Positions 23,590 through 35,481 of a DNA stretch of 64,000 bases are shown here, one piece after another; position 1 is the stretch's first letter; each line of letters opens with the position of its first letter. The position numbers and the translations under genes are program-made. The notes under the pieces are model-generated. The model had not been told where the DNA came from. It worked only from the letters and a program-made list of their open reading frames with translations, and did no database searches. The stretch is from Paraphysomonas bandaiensis (lineage: Eukaryota > Protista > Chrysophyceae), in the NCBI GenBank assembly GCA_965644295.1, contig CBFFRP010000097.1, forward strand, positions 62,001 through 126,000, written 5' to 3'.

Positions 23590-26326
23590 TATGTCAATCA
23601 TATGATCCAACATTGAGACATACCACATAAACACTGGGTTACCAATAGAACCTGCTATTCTGGAGGTGTGGAGTCCAACTTCCACAAGTTCTGGTGGAAA
23701 TTTGCTTGTAAGATTGCAATTGTTATCCTGCATCAAAATTCACAGTTGATGGAGAGCTCCTGAACTCACTGTGAGGTACATAGCAGAGACCAGTTGCTGA
23801 TAACAATGTTGTGATATTGCAAAGATGAGATTATGAGTTCTGATTCTGGATTCATTAATAAACGGTCAAGAAATATGCACAGATCACTGTAGGAGGGCCT
23901 CTCCCTAATTGCGCCTTCCTTGTTGCACTTAATGATCCCACATGTCCCCAAATTCAAAGAATCGTATTATTCTTGATATTTGAGTGATATGAAATCATGA
24001 TATTGACATTCATCTCTTATTTTGTTGGAATTATGTGCATTCATTGACTGAGCTCTATATGCGGTATTGACACCCATGGTCCCAAACCCCTTCCAACCAC
24101 GGGTGTAGTTTGTCAAGTTTTGACATTATATGAGTAGGATTAACTTAAAAACAGAAGGTATCTTATACTGAATACTGAGAATTATAAATTTTAATCAATA
24201 TCTATCTCTTATCATTCATCAATGTCATGTTGTCTCTACTACCACTCATTTCTCGTACGACGATCTTACGTCGTCACTACAACTTGCATCGTCACTATAT
24301 TCCGTTTTACCGCTATATACTTATCATCATTCATTCTCACAATACGATTAACAAGACTACAACATTATACTACAATAATTTAAATACCTTATAACTACAG
24401 CTTTCAATTGCTCTCATATAGCAGAACTCAGCACTCCCTCTCAATTCAAAGCTGTAGATAGACTCTTCACATCACAAGACATAACTGAAGGATATGCAAC
24501 CACCGAAATCAAACAGGACAAACAGGTGGACGTATGACTCCGACACTTCAGTTAGTCTCACTGCACAGTCAGCTGATCACTTATATGACGTAACCCGGTT
24601 TGATAACCAGAATCACGGCTCGCAGTACAGGTATAGCACACAAACACGCAAGTGTGAAAACAATGTATATGTCGCCACGTGGTCACACTTACGTCGTTTG
24701 AACGAATTTTCTCTAATAACCACAACAGATGATTTTCGATCCTCTCCTAGGCATCTCTTCCTGTGTTTCTCGAAGGTTACACCACACAACGATTTCGTGA
24801 AAATATGTCTGCTATATACTTATCATCATTCATTCTCACAATACGATTAACAAGACTACAACAGTATACTACAGTAATTTAAATACCTTATAACTACAGC
24901 TTTCAATTGCTCTCATATAGCAGAACTCAGCACTCCCTCTCAATTCAAAGCTGTAGATAGACTCTTCACATCACAAGACATAACTGAAGGATATGCAACC
25001 ACCGAAATCAAACAGGACAAACAGGTGGACGTATGACTCCGACACTTCAGTTAGTCTCACTGCACAGTCAGCTGATCACTTACGTCGTTTGAACGAATTT
25101 TCTCTAATAACCACAACAGATGATTTTCGATCCTCTCCTAGGCATCTCTTCCTGTGTTTCTCGAAGGTTACACCACACAACGATTTCGTGAAAATATGTC
25201 TGCTATATACTTATCATCATTCATTCTCACAATACGATTAACAAGACTACAACAGTATACTACAGTAATTTAAATACCTTATAACTACAGCTTTCAATTG
25301 CTCTCATATAGCAGAACTCAACATAGTTGTCCTATTTTCCGTGAATTTAACCTCAATGACTGTTTATGATTCTGTTATAATGGTTTGATTCATGTATGTA
25401 TACTTTGATGACATATTAAGGCCGTATTGGATGAGTTGCTACTTTGCTAAGCGATATAGTACGCACTTATGTCACTTGTGACGCAATGTCGTATGATATG
25501 ATATCAACCCTACCCAATCAAATTGGATGTTTATAGTGAGTTATTATGAATAATTTAAATTCATTTTCTTGTTCAGGTTATTATGTCTTTCACTGTTGGT
25601 CTGGAAATGCGATTATATGCAGATAACTTATGGGAGTTTATAGAGATACTTATGCGAGTTGTGACCGTATAAAAATGGCAGACAACATTAATAGCGACAT
25701 GTGGAATACGTAACCCCTTTATTATTCATCCTTAGATAGTGTGCCTTCATTATATGTGCAACAAGCTTCTGTGATTTACGATTCCAATGACTTCTACTAC
25801 TACTACTACAATACCATGGTTGGAAGGGGTTTGGGGCCATGGGTGTCAATACCGCATATAGAGCTCAGTCAATGAATGCACATAATTCCAACAAAATAAG
25901 AGATGAATGTCAATATCATGATTTCATATCACTCAAATATCAAGAATAATACGATTCTTTGAATTTGGGGACATGTGGGATCATTAAGTGCAACAAGGAA
26001 GGCGCAATTAGGGAGAGGCCCTCCTACAGTGATCTGTGCATATTTCTTGACCGTTTATTAATGAATCCAGAATCAGAACTCATAATCTCATCTTTGCAAT
26101 ATCACAACATTGTTATCAGCAACTGGTCTCTGCTATGTACCTCACAGTGAGTTCAGGAGCTCTCCATCAACTGTGAATTTTGATGCAGGATAACAATTGC
26201 AATCTTACAAGCAAATTTCCACCAGAACTTGTGGAAGTTGGACTCCACACTTCCAGAATAGCAGGTTCTATTGGTAACCCAGTGTTTATGTGGTATGTCT
26301 CAATGTTGGAGCATATGATTGACATA
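23590..26326. repeat. ~510-bp inverted repeat pair (~23590-24100 and ~25815-26326)
   Basis: Near-perfect reverse-complement match; the same 63-aa ORF appears on opposite strands. Confidence 0.9.
24312..25323 (-). mobile_element. Tandem array (499 bp + 391 bp + partial unit) resembling a TRIM / mini-LTR element
   Basis: A ~122-bp segment occurs three times and ends in CA; a PPT-like ATTGAGAGGGAG abuts it at 24434-24445 and 24933-24944. Confidence 0.55.
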
Positions 26327-26773
26327 CGTATGGGCAGCCAGCATCTTATGTTTCGGAAATAAATTGATGCAAAAATACGCTATATTACTGCTATACAACT
26401 ACGGCTGGAATACAGATAATTGTTGTCTCAATATTAGAGGCTTCTTGGAACAAAAATATACAAAGGATGCCCATACGTCTAGATTTGATATTCTTCTACT
26501 TCTAGACTTCCCATCTAAACACCAACAAGGGAAAACCCTTGCTAAAAAATACTGAATTTATGGATTAAAAACTAAAAACTGCTGTTTTTATTGTGTTAGA
26601 GGTTGACATGATATGCAGTTACAGGGGCATGTAATCCCTGTTGACGAGTTGGTCTGTCACTTCATATGAAGTGGAATTGCATACACAACGATATCAATAG
26701 ATGCAGTTGTTTAGCATCACAGTGGTAGGTTGGGTACTTTTATATATCTAACGCTAACAATCATTAGCTGAAA

Positions 26774-27727
26774 ATGTTTTTTGACGATAATGATACAGTG
26801 GAATCGTTGTTTCCTGGTGAAGTAGATGAATCATATGAACCCAACCCGCCAGAGGCTCCAGAGAATAGAAAACTATTCAAGCGAAAGCGTGATTTCAATC
26901 GGAGGGTAAATTGTCCATCTACTGTGCAGTCCTCTAGTGGAAATACAGGAGATAAGAGCGATATGAAATATATGTCTGATATGGTCCATGATATTTACAT
27001 GGCAACTATGGTAGCATATGGTGACACGTACAGAAATGATACTGGTAAGATTACTGAATGTGCTAGGTTCACCACAAAAGAATCTCAACGGGTAGCACAA
27101 CATGCTCTGGAAGAGTTCTACCAAATACAATGCGAGATTATAAATGAAAGTGAAACTGACTACACCACCCGCCCAAGCAGTTCTAATGAAAGTATAAAAT
27201 CCAGTTTTCGATCGCACTTTTCAACCAGCGTATGTCACCGCTCTGGACTCCTGAACTTCCGGTGCGGCGCTAGTGATAGTGGCAGCAGGTCAGATGGTGA
27301 GAGTTACACGCAATCGTGTGCCCCTTTTCGAGACAAGGGTGAAGATGTAAGATTTCACCACCTGCCACCAGAATTTCGACAGCGCACATATACGCCCACT
27401 GCAGAGAACTTTGTGAAGTATTCCGTTACATCATGTGAACAAAGGAAAGAAAATCAAATGGGTACAAGGAAAGGGAAAAGGAGAAGGAAAAGTATTAAGC
27501 GAGAGATTCAGAGAAGAAGTAACTTAAAACATGATGCGTATGATGTAAACTCTGGAGACAGTGGTTTATATGGGATTCTCAATTCCAATGATCTGTTTTT
27601 TCGTATTGATACTGAAATCTTTGACTCTTTCGACTTCTATGGCTATAGCCCTGATCTGGATGATACAGTCGATGAAAGTGAAGTTAATGCTGATGAATTG
27701 AACTCTCTTGGAGACGAAATTTCTTGA
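26774..27727 (+). CDS. Hypothetical protein, 317 aa, acidic ends with basic NLS-like patches
   Basis: Long ATG-initiated ORF in AT-rich surroundings; no domain recognised. Confidence 0.6.
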   Translation: MFFDDNDTVESLFPGEVDESYEPNPPEAPENRKLFKRKRDFNRRVNCPSTVQSSSGNTGDKSDMKYMSDMVHDIYMATMVAYGDTYRNDTGKITECARFTTKESQRVAQHALEEFYQIQCEIINESETDYTTRPSSSNESIKSSFRSHFSTSVCHRSGLLNFRCGASDSGSRSDGESYTQSCAPFRDKGEDVRFHHLPPEFRQRTYTPTAENFVKYSVTSCEQRKENQMGTRKGKRRRKSIKREIQRRSNLKHDAYDVNSGDSGLYGILNSNDLFFRIDTEIFDSFDFYGYSPDLDDTVDESEVNADELNSLGDEIS

Positions 27728-28326
27728 GATGTTGAAGCAGACATTGTAATATAGTATCAGCTCTATTTCGCAGACTATAATATACATTGGTATTATTTTT
27801 GTTGATTATATGCATGCATGATTTCGCCGTCTTATGTTCATATACAATGGACATGTCACACTACTGTGTTTTATTGTATTGATTCACTACTGTATTTGTA
27901 AACTGAAGAATATTCAAATCTATTGATGGCATCAGATATATTATTACCCCGCGTAGACTTGACAAGGTATGACTACGAAATAGTTTTTTGTTGAGTTTTG
28001 AGTGCGGCAAAGCGAAACAGTTTGAGAAATGAAATATGCAATCAAAGTGTATCATATATATATATGCATTCCTATATCTGTATCTTTGTCCTTCTCAATT
28101 GTCATCAGAAAGTGAACTCATTAAATACTCAATAGTGGCCACTGCTCAGGGCTGTTCCTGTCGATGTTGAAATGCAACTAACTTCATATTTCTTATTGGC
28201 ACTCATTACCAGTAGTTAACCTATATTTTGTAGTAATTAAATTAACAACCACAACGATAGAAAAAGAGAAAATACACAAAGGAATATAAATATAGTGTCC
28301 AATAAATGTCCATTGGTGTTGATACT

Positions 28327-28490
28327 TGTAGCAGGGCTGCGTAAAAATTAATAGACTAATTGTTAATTGCAATCTCTTGTTAATTATTGAAATTAGGGTA
28401 GCAAATAATTGCAATTGTAGTTGACTTCAACCTTGCTTGAATCTTGAATTAATTGAAATTTTTGTAATACCATAAATTTGATATTGACGG
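28327..28490 (+). repeat. Terminal fragment of a probable non-autonomous DNA transposon
   Basis: tgtagcagggctgcgtaa plus AATT-rich subterminal sequence, similar to 42103-42260. Confidence 0.4.
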
Positions 28491-29074
28491 ACTGCGTATA
28501 TATATTACTTACTTACATACTACATACATCATAATCATAAGTGGCTCAAATTTTGCATGTAGCAAATATTATAGAATATTATCCTTATCAAGAGTTCAAA
28601 TGTATTCATGCTTAAGCTGAGTGACTGCAATTAGTCGGGCTGATCGAAAAACCTTCATGAACAGAAAATCTCAGAAAACTTCATAAACAGATTTTAATAA
28701 TACGTAATGGTGAATTCCAACATCGAAATTGCTGATGTATACTGCAGTCATTACTTCATGTTGTTAATAATGTAATATATAATGATGGAAGATATTCACG
28801 ACGAATAAGCGGCAAAGCTGGTGCAATTACGGACGACTTGAAATTTTTTCAATGTGTGTAAAAATGCAAGGGGAACATTAGTTCGATTTTCATGACGTTC
28901 GTGCATTGTTTGACGAGCACATCACAAGATACCCGATTGTGGATCATCATCTGAGCGACAATGCACCAGTTTTAGAAAAACAGCAGCCCTATAGATGCAA
29001 GGTGGAAACGGACGGATGAGGAAGACAGTGTTGATGACATTGACAGTTCATAATGTCAACCCAGTAGTGACGCT

Positions 29075-29345
29075 TATTGTAAGCAATAGGTGTTTAAGAT
29101 TCAGAACTAATCTAACTAACTATAGAGTGCTTAACTCTGATATCTTACTATTTAGCGCGCTACGAAAGCTGCTTGTGCATCACAGCAAACGCAACCACTT
29201 TTGCTTTAGCACTCAAAGCAAACGCAGTGAGCAAGCAGAATGTTGATATACCTTATACCTTACATCTCCTGTCTTCAGTACTTTGAGTCCTTAGGGTGAA
29301 TAGCCCGGATGCCCTTGAGGTGGGTTCATTCTCGGATACCTGTCA
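29075..29345 (-). mobile_element. SINE/SIDE-like retroposon, diverged 5'-truncated copy C
   Basis: Keeps the 3'-end motif (agcaatagg) and the cccggatgcccttgagg block; lacks the ribozyme-like head. Confidence 0.65.
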
Positions 29346-29918
29346 CCTGTCAGTTCACTAGTATAGCTCTTATTATTGTATTACCTAGTGTTTTAAACTA
29401 CTGTATTCTTCAAGTAGTGGTAGAAGTATTTCGGAGAGCCATAAATACCAGGCTTGCGTGACAATTAATTGGTTTTAAAAATAATTGTTGTTGGATATGC
29501 ATCTGTCACCAATTAATTGCAAGTTACTTGTTACGTGTAGATGTAGCTTTTATAAACTCTCCAAGCATCTAAGGCGATACTTGCATATCTAGGAACCACT
29601 ACCTATGCACGCACCAGTACAATGTCTATCTCTGCAATTGATTGAATATAGATTACAACCACAAGAATAGCCACTAGCACCGTTAAATTATACATAAAAA
29701 TGCATCACATTATTACAACCAGCATAATACTAGTTTCGCCAAAGCAAGGCTATGGAGCACAAGTCCAACGTAGACGTGTCTTGTTTTAACACCAATACGG
29801 ACAAATATTAGAGAAGTTACATCTATATACACCTCACAATAGAGTATACATAAGCGGGAGATATGCAGTTCGTATAACAAACGCATGAAGACAGAGAAAG
29901 CCCCCAATATTAAATATA

Positions 29919-31511
29919 TTATATCTGATTCCTAAGGGATGACAAATCAAAATCCGCAGGATCACAGTTCATCACTCTGTCCACCAAAATTTCCCCTGCA
30001 ATATGTCCAAGTCTCATGGCTGCGGCGAGAACCAGGATGTTACTTCTACTTATAGCAGTATCAAGCACATCGGAGCCAGCGGGGCAGCCACGGACTGCCT
30101 GCACGTTTTCAATCCCGTCTTTGCTTTCATTGCACATTTCTGCCGCGCTCCCCACGCTTCGTCTACGAAGTAACCCCTTCTCTTCTGCTACTTCCGATTT
30201 CTCTAATTGTACAGACCGCGATACAAGGAGCTTCGCCTCCGCTCTGCGTTCTTTTCCTTTACTCTGCTTGTCTCCTCGTCTCTGCCTGTTCTTTCTACTA
30301 TGCCCCTTACTGCGGAGGTGATTTGTGCTGGCACGGTGCAGAACATCGCTCGTTACACACACCGCGACACTTCTGTAGTGCTTGCCATCCATCCCCGCGC
30401 CACCAGCCGACAAATATGAACCAATATCTCGTTGCAAGACCTCTGCATAATCGAAATACTGCCAATACGCATCCGCCCAACGCTGAAAGTCCTCTTCCCT
30501 CTCAGAGTTGGCAATATGCGATCGAAGGCTCATCAGTAGCCACTCATTCAACCCTCCGCGGAGCATACATGCCAATGGACTTAGGGTCGTTGTCTTCACA
30601 CTTCCTTCGTAACTATCCTCTTCGGGTACACTGGAAAACCCTTCCGCACCTTTCCCGCAGGAATAAAGGCTTCCCCCAGAATGAAGACAGGAAAAGTCCA
30701 TGCTAGAGCCACCGGTAGATGGTGGTCCCATAATGTCCGAATATAAGCGCCCCTGGGGTATGGGTTGCGACTGGTGTTGGCGTGGAAGACGGGAGGGGCT
30801 GCGCCTGTGGGCATCTGCTAATAGTTCTTGTATATTACCACTACCATCACTGTCCTCGTGAGAATCTTCTCCCTCTTCATCATGCTCCAAGAGTGTACTC
30901 ATCATCCCGAAAACCTCATCTTTTACACTTCCCCCGAAACAGTTCTCACCCGAGGAGTACTCTATAATCTCATCGTCACATGCGTCCTCTTCCAGACTGT
31001 CTTCAGAATAATCGTCGCTGTAATCGTCACTCTCACTGCACGCTTCCATCCTATTCGAATCATGTGGAACAAGGCATTGTGTTGAATGTTCTGGCTTCAA
31101 CTGTAGTCGTTGCTTGGCCCGTTCTACCTCCTCCACTAGCCTGGCAAATAATTGCTGCTCGGACAATCCCCTCTTCAAAGATGAACGCCGAATAATATTA
31201 GTCAAAAAAGATGAATTCTCCAAATGCTCCCATATTTCTTCTTGCTCCTCCAGTATCTCCTTTGCTATCTTATTACTGCTCCTCTCAAGAGCATATTTCA
31301 TTCCATTAACAGAGCTCTGATCTGCTTCTATGTCTTCCTTATGTACCACTGGACTACGGCATGAGTCCTTTGAATCAAATGTTATATCCACTACACGGGT
31401 TTGGTATGACTTTCTTGGATTAGTCATGTGTCGGCTCGTGTTGTATGTCGACTGCGACATGCTAATTATATATATATGTATACGTAACTTAAATACCACA
31501 AAACCACACAC
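29919..31511 (-). CDS. Hypothetical protein, ~500 aa, acidic and low-complexity
   Basis: Long uninterrupted ORF; the true start is probably a downstream ATG (MSQSTY); no domain recognised. Confidence 0.7.
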   Translation of the reverse strand: MCGFVVFKLRIHIYIISMSQSTYNTSRHMTNPRKSYQTRVVDITFDSKDSCRSPVVHKEDIEADQSSVNGMKYALERSSNKIAKEILEEQEEIWEHLENSSFLTNIIRRSSLKRGLSEQQLFARLVEEVERAKQRLQLKPEHSTQCLVPHDSNRMEACSESDDYSDDYSEDSLEEDACDDEIIEYSSGENCFGGSVKDEVFGMMSTLLEHDEEGEDSHEDSDGSGNIQELLADAHRRSPSRLPRQHQSQPIPQGRLYSDIMGPPSTGGSSMDFSCLHSGGSLYSCGKGAEGFSSVPEEDSYEGSVKTTTLSPLACMLRGGLNEWLLMSLRSHIANSEREEDFQRWADAYWQYFDYAEVLQRDIGSYLSAGGAGMDGKHYRSVAVCVTSDVLHRASTNHLRSKGHSRKNRQRRGDKQSKGKERRAEAKLLVSRSVQLEKSEVAEEKGLLRRRSVGSAAEMCNESKDGIENVQAVRGCPAGSDVLDTAISRSNILVLAAAMRLGHIAGEILVDRVMNCDPADFDLSSLRNQI

Positions 31512-31670
31512 TATAATTACAAATTAACGAGATGAATACTTGTTAAATACTCCACAATGAGACTGTGGACAACATGGAGTGTGTATGTGTGTATGTGGAC
31601 ACTAGAGTGATGAGGAGGTCAGTTGAGATACGAGAGAGTGAGTTAGTTCTGTGCAGGAGGAAATATACTG

Positions 31671-31674
<4 letters not shown>

Positions 31675-31705
<31 letters not shown>

Positions 31706-31720
31706 TGTATGTATGTATAT
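31675..31720 (+). repeat. (TATG)n microsatellite
   Basis: Seen directly. Confidence 0.9.
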
Positions 31721-32308
31721 GCATAGAGATACTGCATTCTGCTGTATATGTACGTCGTATAGGAATTGTAACACAAATTTTGTTATGAGATTATTATTTT
31801 TTGGTACCAATTTTGTTCAGACGATATTCATATCCGGATATTTGCTATAGGATTCAGCACAATTTTTGTCAATAAAAATCGTCGAAATAATTCATATCAG
31901 AAGAACAAAACAAACATTTTCGGACGGAACAATTATGGAATACAGTGTAGAGTATATACCGGTATACTGTATGTACACTCTGGATCTCGAATGTCCAGCA
32001 TCTACGAACGTATACATGGATATAGCCGAGATATGATGCTTGATATCCTGATGATACGATAGCACAGTCGAGTGTTAAACATTGGCCGATATTAGTCTTT
32101 TTTTGTACTTTGGAATTGGCGGATTTTCATCTGGTTCAACTCTACATACAGCAGTACCCGAGTACACCATGAGCTCCATACGAACATACACGTACAGCAC
32201 TAGCAGTACATGATACATACTTGTATCAGTAGAGTAGACAGTAAGCAGCAGTACTCACTGGTTATGATGATGTTATCTGATCTCATATTCATGTAGAACA
32301 GATCGAGT

Positions 32309-33334
32309 ATGATGAGAGGACGTGTATCACGAAGCCATATCACTCATAAACATTCAGACAGGCGTAGGGATGTAGTCACACTGCCCTCATTGGAAAAAAG
32401 AAATGTTGTGATTGAGGTTAAGCGTGCCAAACAGTGTGGCGGGCTTCCATTGAATGTACCTCATAAGCGAGAGATTAATTTAGTGTTGGAGGCTTTGCCG
32501 AATCTGCCCGAAGAGACGAGCGGCTTCCCCAGTATGGCCACTGAAAGGGCGATTCTCAATGCTATCGATAACGTCCCTGAAGTAAACGTCAAACGGAGCT
32601 ACAAAGTTTACACTGAACAGGAGCGTAGGGCCGGACTCATTGCCAGGGTAATTGATGGCAAGAGCGCTAAATATGTACTCCAGAAGTATGGTGTCTCTAT
32701 TCGCACCCAGGAGCGGGACATGAGCACCATCAGAGAGTTGTATAGACTCAACACGAAACAGTTCAACGCGTTTCGGAACGATCCAACAAACCACTCTGTG
32801 CTGCGGGAGGCCATCATGGATCTGAAATATGCTTTGGACATAACCCAAGAGAATGAGGGGGATATGGATGCAGAGGGGGAGGGGGGAGGGGTAAATGAGA
32901 GGGGTAGCGTGCCCAGCACCACCACAGGGCACTGTGCGGTGATGTCAACGGCCGAGCGTATTGAGGCCTATATGGCTAGAAGAGAGGAAGAGCGACAGGC
33001 TAAAGCTCGCCGTATGGACGACAAGAAGCAGCATCAGGTGGAAGAATATCATCGGCATGTTGAGATCTTGCATTCCCTTTTAGTCCGTGTGCGTGATCAG
33101 CGATATGACTGGCGCACAGCTAGCAATGACGTTCTGAAGGCCGCTCTCACTGTCCTTCCCAAGTCCACTGCTGCTATAGATCCTGAGCTAAGGGTTGGGA
33201 CGAAGGCCTACCTCATAGCCAAGCTTGAAGGTCCGATGTCTGACAGGTTGAGTGAACTTTTCGGAGGAGTGGAAAGGGAGAGAGAGGAGGTTGATGTGTC
33301 GGATACAGATCGAGAGCCAATCGATGCGGCGTAG
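32309..33334 (+). CDS. Protein with a psq/CENP-B-type HTH, possibly derived from a pogo-like transposase
   Basis: YKVYTEQERRAGLIARVIDGKSAKYVLQKYGVSIRT resembles HTH_psq; charged helical tail; no DDE core seen. Confidence 0.55.
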   Translation: MMRGRVSRSHITHKHSDRRRDVVTLPSLEKRNVVIEVKRAKQCGGLPLNVPHKREINLVLEALPNLPEETSGFPSMATERAILNAIDNVPEVNVKRSYKVYTEQERRAGLIARVIDGKSAKYVLQKYGVSIRTQERDMSTIRELYRLNTKQFNAFRNDPTNHSVLREAIMDLKYALDITQENEGDMDAEGEGGGVNERGSVPSTTTGHCAVMSTAERIEAYMARREEERQAKARRMDDKKQHQVEEYHRHVEILHSLLVRVRDQRYDWRTASNDVLKAALTVLPKSTAAIDPELRVGTKAYLIAKLEGPMSDRLSELFGGVEREREEVDVSDTDREPIDAA

Positions 33335-33707
33335 GTTTCTTGTTTTTTTATCGCATTCTTGGAAGTTATTTATTTATATATTTTTTAGCATAGTTGGTCC
33401 TTTATTTTCTTTTGAACCTCCTGGTCCGTCCTTTATTATCGTTTACTATTTCGCATGATAAAGTGCAATCACTTCGTCCATGCGAAAGCTAATACCACAA
33501 ACCAGCAGTACATATTCGTATCTACTGTAACTACGTCGTATGTGCGGTTTTACGAAACGTGGTTTTAGTTTTGATTTTTTAATGTTTTCTTTCTCTAGTG
33601 CGGAATTTAATTTCAAGTTGAATGAATGTCATAATATTCAACACTGATGTCTACATACTTCTTCTTGCTGACCAAACAAAGCCAGCTTCTATGACAAGTT
33701 AACTAAC

Positions 33708-34169
33708 TTGTGCTTAACTCAGATATCCTACTATTTAGCGCTACGAAAGCTGCTTGTGCGTCACCTCAAGCATCAAGGTGCAACCACTTTCTCTCTACCA
33801 CTCAAAGTAAATGCATCACTCAAAGAAAACGCAGAGTGTTAATAAACCTTAGATCTGATGACTTCAGGATTCGAGTCCTTGGGGTGAACATCCCGGATGC
33901 TTGACTTGAGCAGATAGCCCAAACCCCGGATGCCCTTGAGGTGGGCCCATTCCCGGATGCCTGTATATTCGTTAGGGCTCACAGAGACATCTACACAAGT
34001 GACACTAATTAGTGTCCCTTCTACCACACCAGCATTTGGCTATATGAGAGGGCTGAACGATATCTGCTGACTATATAATATGCGGCTCACGTTGGTTTGC
34101 CGCAGTAGTATCTCTGGTATTTATCCCCCAGAACATCACGAAAAGGTGCAAGTCCGACTTTGTTGAAGG
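33708..34169 (-). mobile_element. SINE/SIDE-like retroposon, diverged copy D
   Basis: Shares the 5' head (ccttcaacaaagtcgg) and body; carries a ~75-bp extra segment also present in copy C. Confidence 0.75.
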
Positions 34170-35481
34170 TAAATAATTGTGTTGATCTATCACTTGTAGT
34201 ACTCCTGTATACTGCACGACATCAATAACATATATATGTTTGAAAATCAAAGTTCTGTAATACTATTAATAATGTGAATACTAAGGTTGCCAGGTTCCCT
34301 CTGGCCTTCATCCAGTAGTGTAAGATGTTGTTCCTCAAGGATGCCCATCATGCCACAATTACCAGTAGTAGTCGACCTACTATGGGTCTAGGGGTTTACG
34401 TTTCAATCTCAGTCATAAAGGGAGTAGTACCAGTCGAGTTGACTGGCGCTTCCCGACAGCTCGAAAAACTTTCGGCCAATGATTGCTGGTGGAGCATAAC
34501 ATTGTCACTAGTGTATAATAGTGTCGGTATCAGAATAATTTGATGCTCGTAAACTTTTATAATATAATATAATATTATTATGTCAAATATTATATTGCAT
34601 TCACTTTCTTATAATATAATTATGAAACTATATATATACTACTTCGCTGCTCTGTATTGTGTACTGCTAACGTTAGTACCTCACTTTTTATTAGTATTTT
34701 TAATTAAGTGATTACAATTAACAGCATCCACGCCTGACACACGTATTAGGTAGTTTATAGAATTGGATTAGCGAAGCATTACGTATAATAATAATTTAAC
34801 TAGTATCTTCAACGTGAAGAAGTAGTTTGAGTTTTTGTGATGCAATAGTACTTTCATATTACTGGAAAAACTGTGTCCTATTGACTTTTGCTCATTTTAT
34901 CAGTTATAATTGATCGTTAAAAGAAAAGTTAAATTAAGACTCTACCACATAAAGTAGAATATTATTGATATATATTGCTGACAGAATTTTGTCGTTTAGC
35001 ATTTTGTCGTTTTGCATAAATCTCATCACCAGCATAATTTTATCATTCTGATATAAACCACCGATAAAATTCTGTTTCTTCAATTGTCATGATACTTCAG
35101 CTTCACAGTTATATATTATAGCTACACGGTATTTTGACTACGTATTACCGTTTTTCACGTTGTATTAACTTGTTAACGAATAACACAGTTCTATCTTAGA
35201 GAAATATACAGCACACGTATTCCATGTTTCCATCAAAACACTTTGATGTTCCACAAAACTCGAAAACTCTGCTTGCAGTCCCTTTACAATACATCATCTG
35301 GGAAATTTCTACTAATGGTGAATACTTAAGTTTGAAAGTCCCGATAAGGTAGTTGAGCCGGAGTTCTCACATAGTAGCTCCAGGTTCATTCATACTCCAT
35401 GAAGTGATTTTACGCGTTGTAATGTGTCAGCACATTCGATAAACGTGCGTCTGTATCGCAATTTTAAAAGAAAACCACCAC

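Noticed and set aside
24494-25241. Repeated MQPPKSNR ORFs and the 63-aa ORF pair at 23766/25959
   Set aside because: By-products of the tandem and inverted repeats, with no recognisable protein features.
31748-33545. tacgtcgtat motifs on either side of the HTH ORF as pogo TIRs
   Set aside because: They are in direct, not inverted, orientation and very short.
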